DNA of 64,000 bases from assembly GCA_964252035.1 (NCBI GenBank), contig OZ176201.1. One strand, written 5' to 3'. Within the stretch, counting starts at the first letter, position 1; every line of letters begins with the position of its first letter. Under the pieces are notes generated by a model. That model saw only the letters and a program-made list of their open reading frames with translations. It was not told the DNA's origin and searched no databases. The stretch is from Podarcis erhardii (taxonomy: Eukaryota). A program made the translations under genes and the position numbers. Positions 58,674-64,000 of the stretch are shown here, piece after piece.

Positions 58674-60039
58674 GAGAGATCATAATAAGAAAAAATATTA
58701 GGAATTTTGAACAATTTATTTTGGGAATTCGAATAAATTGGCAATCACCCTTGAGTTGGGTTTAATGTACAACTAACTCCTTAATAGGAAAGCTACATTT
58801 AGATCTTCTGAGAATGTATGGATTGCATATTTCACTTATAACTTCTGCTTGCGTTACATTTTTGTACAGAACATACCAATTTCAGGGGTTTTAAGTAACA
58901 GCCACACACATACCATAACATTATTTAGTTCCTCTTCCATTTTAGTGTGTGTGCATATAACAAGGAACATGGGAACTGAACTGGGTTATTTATGCAGTTC
59001 AATGCCTGTGTCCTTTGCTATATATTAAGATGACCACTCAAAAGATTCAGATAAAGACAGGAGGACACAGGGCAGAAAGAAGAATAAAAAACTTCAGGTG
59101 CATTTGTTAAAAAAAATTATAGATCAACAGCATGATGTCAAATCCTTGTAAGTTTTGGTATACTGAGAAAGTATATGGATCAGAAAAATAATACTTAAAT
59201 TATAAACTAAATACAGTAATACCAAATGGACTTAATAAGGAAAGTGAACGGATGTCAGATTTGTAATAATCTGAGATCCAAGCTCATTGTAATTATGTAA
59301 CATGTCTTGCCACTGTTAATTTCATCATGTATTAATATTCAAATACACTAAATACATTTTAGTCTAAGTCTTTTCAGATTCCAGCATTTCTTATGTGCTC
59401 TTTAGTGAAAAAGAAAGCCCCTTTCCTTCTCACGTAGATACCACATACATTCCCATTGCTTCTGTCTCCTGCTTCCCAAAATAAAATGCCTTTCTGGGCA
59501 ATAAAAGAAGTGGTGGCCACCACCCTACCTCTCCCTTTCCAGGCCACTGCACAAACTAGTTCAAACATCCTCCATGGCACTTTCAAGATTTCCTTCAAAG
59601 AGGAGGGGTTGCCTTCACAACCAATTAAGAGTAGAAGGGGGTGGGTCTTTCCAGCTACAGGAAGTACTCTGCAATATGAAGGCCACACACAGGTCCCATC
59701 TTCATTCAGAGATCAGTTTGAGCGCCTTGGGAGTCACCAAGAAAATTCTTCATGGGTACCATGATTGTCTTATTTGACTACCACCACCACATCTATTCTC
59801 CTAATTCACAAACCACTTTCTTTTCAGACTATACTAAGTATCTTTCACCACCCAGGCCTTTTTGCATAGTTCTCCCACACTACTCTAGGAAATTGTGTGC
59901 ACACAAAAGTGCATAAAATTAATACACAAGTTCTAATGTGTTGAGTGAACCCAAGAGTGACAAAAAGGATAATGAAGCTAAGACATATATTTTCAAGGGT
60001 AAAGCACTCTCAAAAGGGAAAGAGGAATTACTGGCTTAC

Positions 60040-60122
60040 TTGCATGGAAGAATGCGGACAACATCATTCTGCTTGTAACTTTCAATGCAAACAGCACAAT
60101 GATCGAAGTCTGGATCCGTTTC
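60040..60122 (-). CDS. RNF130: RNF130 exon 5 (RING-H2 first half): ETDPDFDHCAVCIESYKQNDVVRILPC(K)
   Basis: TTTTAG|GAA ... TGC AA|GTAAGC; 83 nt. Confidence 0.97.
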
Positions 60123-60499
60123 CTAAAATGAACAAAGTGACTATTCAACCAATCTCTAGAGCAGACAGTCACAGAAATCCTGTAGTAAGACACATGACCT
60201 GGTTTGGTGCTGGGATATGTTGGCGGTATGGTGGTACCATTCACATAACAAAAACTAAAACAGAGATATCAACATTTTCAAAAGTCGGGGGTTTGGGGTT
60301 TGAGAAACAGGGGTTCTGCAGCACTTAGCTAATTGGGAACCACTATTCTAGAAGACTAGAGGGGACCCGCCCACCCTTTCTCATTTTTCCTCATGGTATT
60401 ATACTCTTCCCTTTTCTACATATATACCAAAGAAAACGAAAAACTGCCATACGGGTAAGGTGTTGGTATTCAGCTCCCTAAGCGTCAACACTTTTACCT

Positions 60500-60600
60500 G
60501 TATAGGGTTTAATGTTTTACTATGTTTTTATATATGCTGGAAGCCGCCCAGAGTGGCTGGGGCAACCCAGTCAGATGGGCCGGGTACAAACAAAAAAACA
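60500..60600 (+). mobile_element. L2 extreme 3' end remnant
   Basis: AAGCCGCCCAGAGTGGCTGGGGCAACCCAGTCAGATGGGCCGGGTACAAACAAA; same family as the tail at 16755-16815. Confidence 0.7.
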
Positions 60601-60610
60601 TTATCTACAT

Positions 60611-60750
60611 CAGGGATGTCCAACCGGTTGACCGCGATCAACAGGTAAATTCCTGGATGTTCGCGGTTGATTGCTGGATCCCTATCGTTGGAAGTGAAAG
60701 AACTCTCTGCCCCCCTCAACAACTTTGGCCTCCCCCCCCCAAAAAAAGCT
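60611..60750. mobile_element. hAT-like element left-end fragment
   Basis: CAGGGATGTCCAACCGGTTGACCGCGATCAAC..., CpG-rich. Confidence 0.45.
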
Positions 60751-60895
60751 CAACAACTTCTTTTGTGGAAGACTCCACACTCCACAAACCAAAAGGATTG
60801 GGATAAATCGAGGGGGGAAACAGACTTGTGCAGATAAGCGTTAATACTTTTCTCCAGAAAAAAATGTGACTAACATTTCATTTGTGTGACTATAC

Positions 60896-60967
60896 CTTAT
60901 CCCCTTTCTTCACTGTTCTTGTTGTCAATTTACCAACAGCTTTTTTTGCTGCATCTCCAAGTCGACG
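60896..60967 (-). CDS. RNF130: RNF130 exon 4: [24 protein letters not shown]
   Basis: TTTTATTCAG|CGT ... AAG|GTATAG; 72 nt. Upstream exons (PA domain and first TM) are not in the window. Confidence 0.96.
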
Positions 60968-63362
60968 CTGAATAAAACACAGAGAGAGTTTTTAGGTGTT
61001 GGAAAAACTGTGCTTCTTCCTCTTAAATCTCCTTTGGTTATATACTAAAATGGTGATTACAGCTTGTTCACTATACTCTGAAGAGTACCAGGTGCACAGT
61101 TCATGGCACTTTCAAAACTAAAGTCTCTTTGGGCCATAAACATCAAGCTCATATTTTATGGGAATCCCTTTTAGTTGCAAGCAAGAACGTCTACGCTTAA
61201 AGTGCAGATTCACCTTCAACAATATTATCCAAGGCAATTGAGAATGGCCAGCTGCCAAGTGATTCAATAGATTTCTGAGACAGGTCACTTTGAATAGAAC
61301 AAGCTCACATTTCCTTGCTTCAGTAACCAGGACTCCCAACAGGAGGAGGATTAGGTTTATACAGTGAGGATCAAGCAATGTGTTAGCATTTTTGCTCTTT
61401 AAGCTACTGTAATTATGTTGTTATTTAGAAGAGTATGCTGTTACAGAGATGTTTCCTGATATCATCTTGTAGCTATTCTGGAAACACCTGAAACCAGAAA
61501 TCTCCAATTTTTTTTAATTTCTCAAGTTTGTCAATAATATGTAAAGAGAGATTCAATTTTGTGTTAATCTTTGCTAGATGTATTTCTTTGCTTTATAGGG
61601 GGATAGATCCTGAGTGCCCTTTCAGCAAACAAAAAGGCACCTTCCATCTATGGAAAGGCTCCAGATACGATAAAGCTACCTATTAGAATGGGGAGGGGGG
61701 CCTTGCACTAATTTCCCCTTTCCCCTTCAGCCCTTTGCAGCATCTCCCATTCTGTTCCAAAGGGTGCCCAAACCCTCCAGATCAGCCTTTCAGGGGGCAC
61801 AATGGAAGGAGGAATCAGCAATCAAAAGAATCATATTTCAAAGTAACATATGGAAAGGGCCAAATCAGAGGCCATTCCAATGTTTACATTCAACTGGACG
61901 CTTAGGATGATGAAATGGAGAACATATTAATCCATTGTGCTAAATACTTTGACCTGCTTCTGCTTGTTTGTGCCTCTGGATGTCTCCTACATTATTCAAG
62001 TATGTATCATTTATTTTTCTCATTGTCCATCAAATATGAGAAAAATAGGAAGCTCATCAGCACTGTAAAGTCACATAGGCTATAAAGAGAAAAGCAAAAA
62101 GGTCCCAAAATCAAGTGTTTTCAGCATACTTCCACTCCTAAACATTGCCATATAATTTCAACACATTAAAATCCAGCCAGCCTCTTGATAAGCCAATTGC
62201 AGGTCTCCTGCAACAAAAAGCTAAGTAAGACTGCCCTTTGTATGCTTCAATCAATACAGCAAACAAGCCAAACAGTCTCTTACTAATCCAATATTATACG
62301 GATGGTACTGTGGAGAGAACCATTTACACTCCAACTCATTTTAATGCAAAGTTGCTTACAAAACTAGAAGTACACTAAAAAACAAAACAGCTGAAAGCCC
62401 AATTTAAAATAGTAAAACCGAAAGATCAACAGCAGCAGAACCCGCCCCAGTAATAAACACCACAGCTTTCATTTGAAAAGGTTTTAAATATTTTAGTCAG
62501 TCTCATAATGGGGTAATGGTCATCCCAAAATGGCAAAGAGAAGTGGGTATTGTTTATTAATTTCCATTACATTTTCCCTAACCTAAGACACAGTAAAATT
62601 TCAAAGCTGGCTATTTTAACTACATATTTGGTTCAATAATGACCAAAAAGTTCAATAGTTCTGCTCACTCAAGGCAGCGATGTAGAATATATACTTTGCC
62701 AACTACTGGCTGTGAGTACAGACCAAGCCCAGTCTATTGCTAAATGCTTTCTTTGATTCCAGAATACATGTGAGTTGTAAAATGCATCATTGGCATATCA
62801 AAGCAAGCTTCATGATATTTAACCTTTTTTCAGAAGCAGTAGTTTACTTCCAAACTATTGTGTGAAGTCAGCAACAGACTTAAAATGCACAGTTATCCTA
62901 TCACTTAGCAGCTGTTCCCCCCTTATATAAAATAGCTAAGCTTTTCCAATTGTGCTCTAGCTGTTGCTACCTCTTCATAAAATTTTAATAAGACAAGCCT
63001 TTTAAACCACATAAAAGTTTTATCAAGTTTCTCCTGACCTTTGTAAAATTCTGAAGGAAAAAGGTCTAAAGACTTTTACTTAAAGAGCAACTGTTCAGGT
63101 GTGGATTTTTGAAATCCAGAAATTGCTAATGTATAGGATTGCTACTTTGTCCAATCAGTTGCCTATCTGTTATGCTTTTCAACTGCCAAATACAAGAAAG
63201 GTAAAAAAGAGAATTGTAACATTGTCAAAAGTCTGGAATACAAAAGTAACGAAGCCGCATAAACACACAGGTTATGAAGCAGAACAGAAAGTATCTCACA
63301 ACCTCCTCTTTTCTGGGTGTTTCAAGTACAACAGGGCAAAGTGACTATGCTTATCTGATAAA

Positions 63363-63541
63363 AGGACGTTTTGGCTCCCGAATGCTGCAAACCCGGAAGT
63401 GAGTGTTCTGGTTTGCAAATGTTCTTTGGAACTCGAACATCTAATGCGGCTTCCGATTGAAGCCATGTCTTGGTTTCCAAACGTTTTGGAAGTTGAACAG
63501 ACTTCCTGAATGGATTCCGTTCGACTTCCGAGGTATGACTG
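63363..63541. mobile_element. Truncated Tigger-like Tc1-mariner MITE (right TIR only)
   Basis: It ends ...CCGAGGTATGACTG|TA (TIR CAGTCATACCTCGG), with internal CCGGAAGTGAGTGTTC and GCGGCTTCCGATTG blocks. Confidence 0.7.
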
Positions 63542-63547
63542 TACAGA

Positions 63548-64000
63548 GCATGGGTCGGAAAACTAAGGCCCGGGGGCTGGATCTGACCCAACTGCCTTCT
63601 GGATCCAGCCCGCGGATGGTCTGGGAATCGCCGCGTGGATCGGGGTGGGGATTCTGATCATTCGGGCTGCGCCATCCCCCCCCCCACACTGCAGCGGCGC
63701 CTCCTCCCTCCCTCCCTCCTGGCTTCTCCCCGCCCTGCCTAGAGGAGGAAGGGGGCTGGGCTTTGTTGAGCCACGAGCACCATTTTAGCAGCCCCTCTCT
63801 GGAGCCAGCCATATCATGCTGCTCATTGTCCCTCCACGGCTGCCGCCAACCCCTGCCACTCACAAGGCACAGGTAAGCAGCCACCAGGGCTCGTCCGGAG
63901 CTGTGGAGAAGAGAGGGGAGAGTTGGGGGGGGGCTTTCCCCCCAAAATATAGTCCGCCTCCCCACAAGGTCTGAAAGACAGTGGACCGGCTCCCTACAGA
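63548..64000. mobile_element. hAT-like non-autonomous element running off the window end
   Basis: AAACTAAGGCCCGGGGGCTGGATCTGACCCA...GGATCCAGCCCGCGGATGGT near the start and GACAGTGGACCGGC near the end; GC-rich. Confidence 0.6.

Noticed and set aside
61000-64000. Search for RNF130 exon 3 (TM segment, ..IFYFIQK..RDRNQ)
   Set aside because: It was not found. The region is intronic with MITEs, and the 174-aa ORF at 63441-63965 derives from GC-rich transposon sequence.
1-64000. CRISPR arrays, rRNA, operons or prokaryotic defence systems
   Set aside because: There are no regularly spaced repeat-spacer arrays or rRNA motifs. The window is spliced vertebrate DNA.

Overview
This is vertebrate (squamate, most likely lacertid lizard) genomic DNA, not prokaryotic. 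The lineage call rests on three Sauria-type SINEs plus L2, CR1, hAT and Tc1-mariner elements. Three genes lie in tandem on the minus strand, in the same order as the human MRNIP-TBC1D9B-RNF130 block. (1) MRNIP first coding exon (191-250) with an E2F/CCAAT/GC-box CpG promoter. (2) A complete TBC1D9B gene: 22 coding exons, all GT-AG and phase-consistent, totalling 3768 nt = 1255 aa with the 51-nt cassette exon; domains are 2xGRAM, TBC and EF-hand. (3) The 3' half of RNF130/Goliath (RING-H2 exons to the terminal exon); its 5' exons lie beyond the window. I mapped splice junctions by hand. I found no CRISPR, rRNA or intact tRNA gene, and no evidence for a wholly new multi-gene system. The best leads are: a distal RNF130 terminal exon that replaces the hydrophobic C-terminal tail with a soluble tail of identical length (36 aa); several cryptic or cassette exon candidates; an in-frame upstream AUG in TBC1D9B; a young L2 nested in the centre of a hAT MITE with both TSDs intact; two SINEs with different tRNA heads on one CR1 tail; and an unclassified element with ~153-bp internal tandem units. 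Gene names and exon numbers come from my recall of the human orthologue sequences, not from a database search. Repeat family names and many repeat boundaries are approximate.
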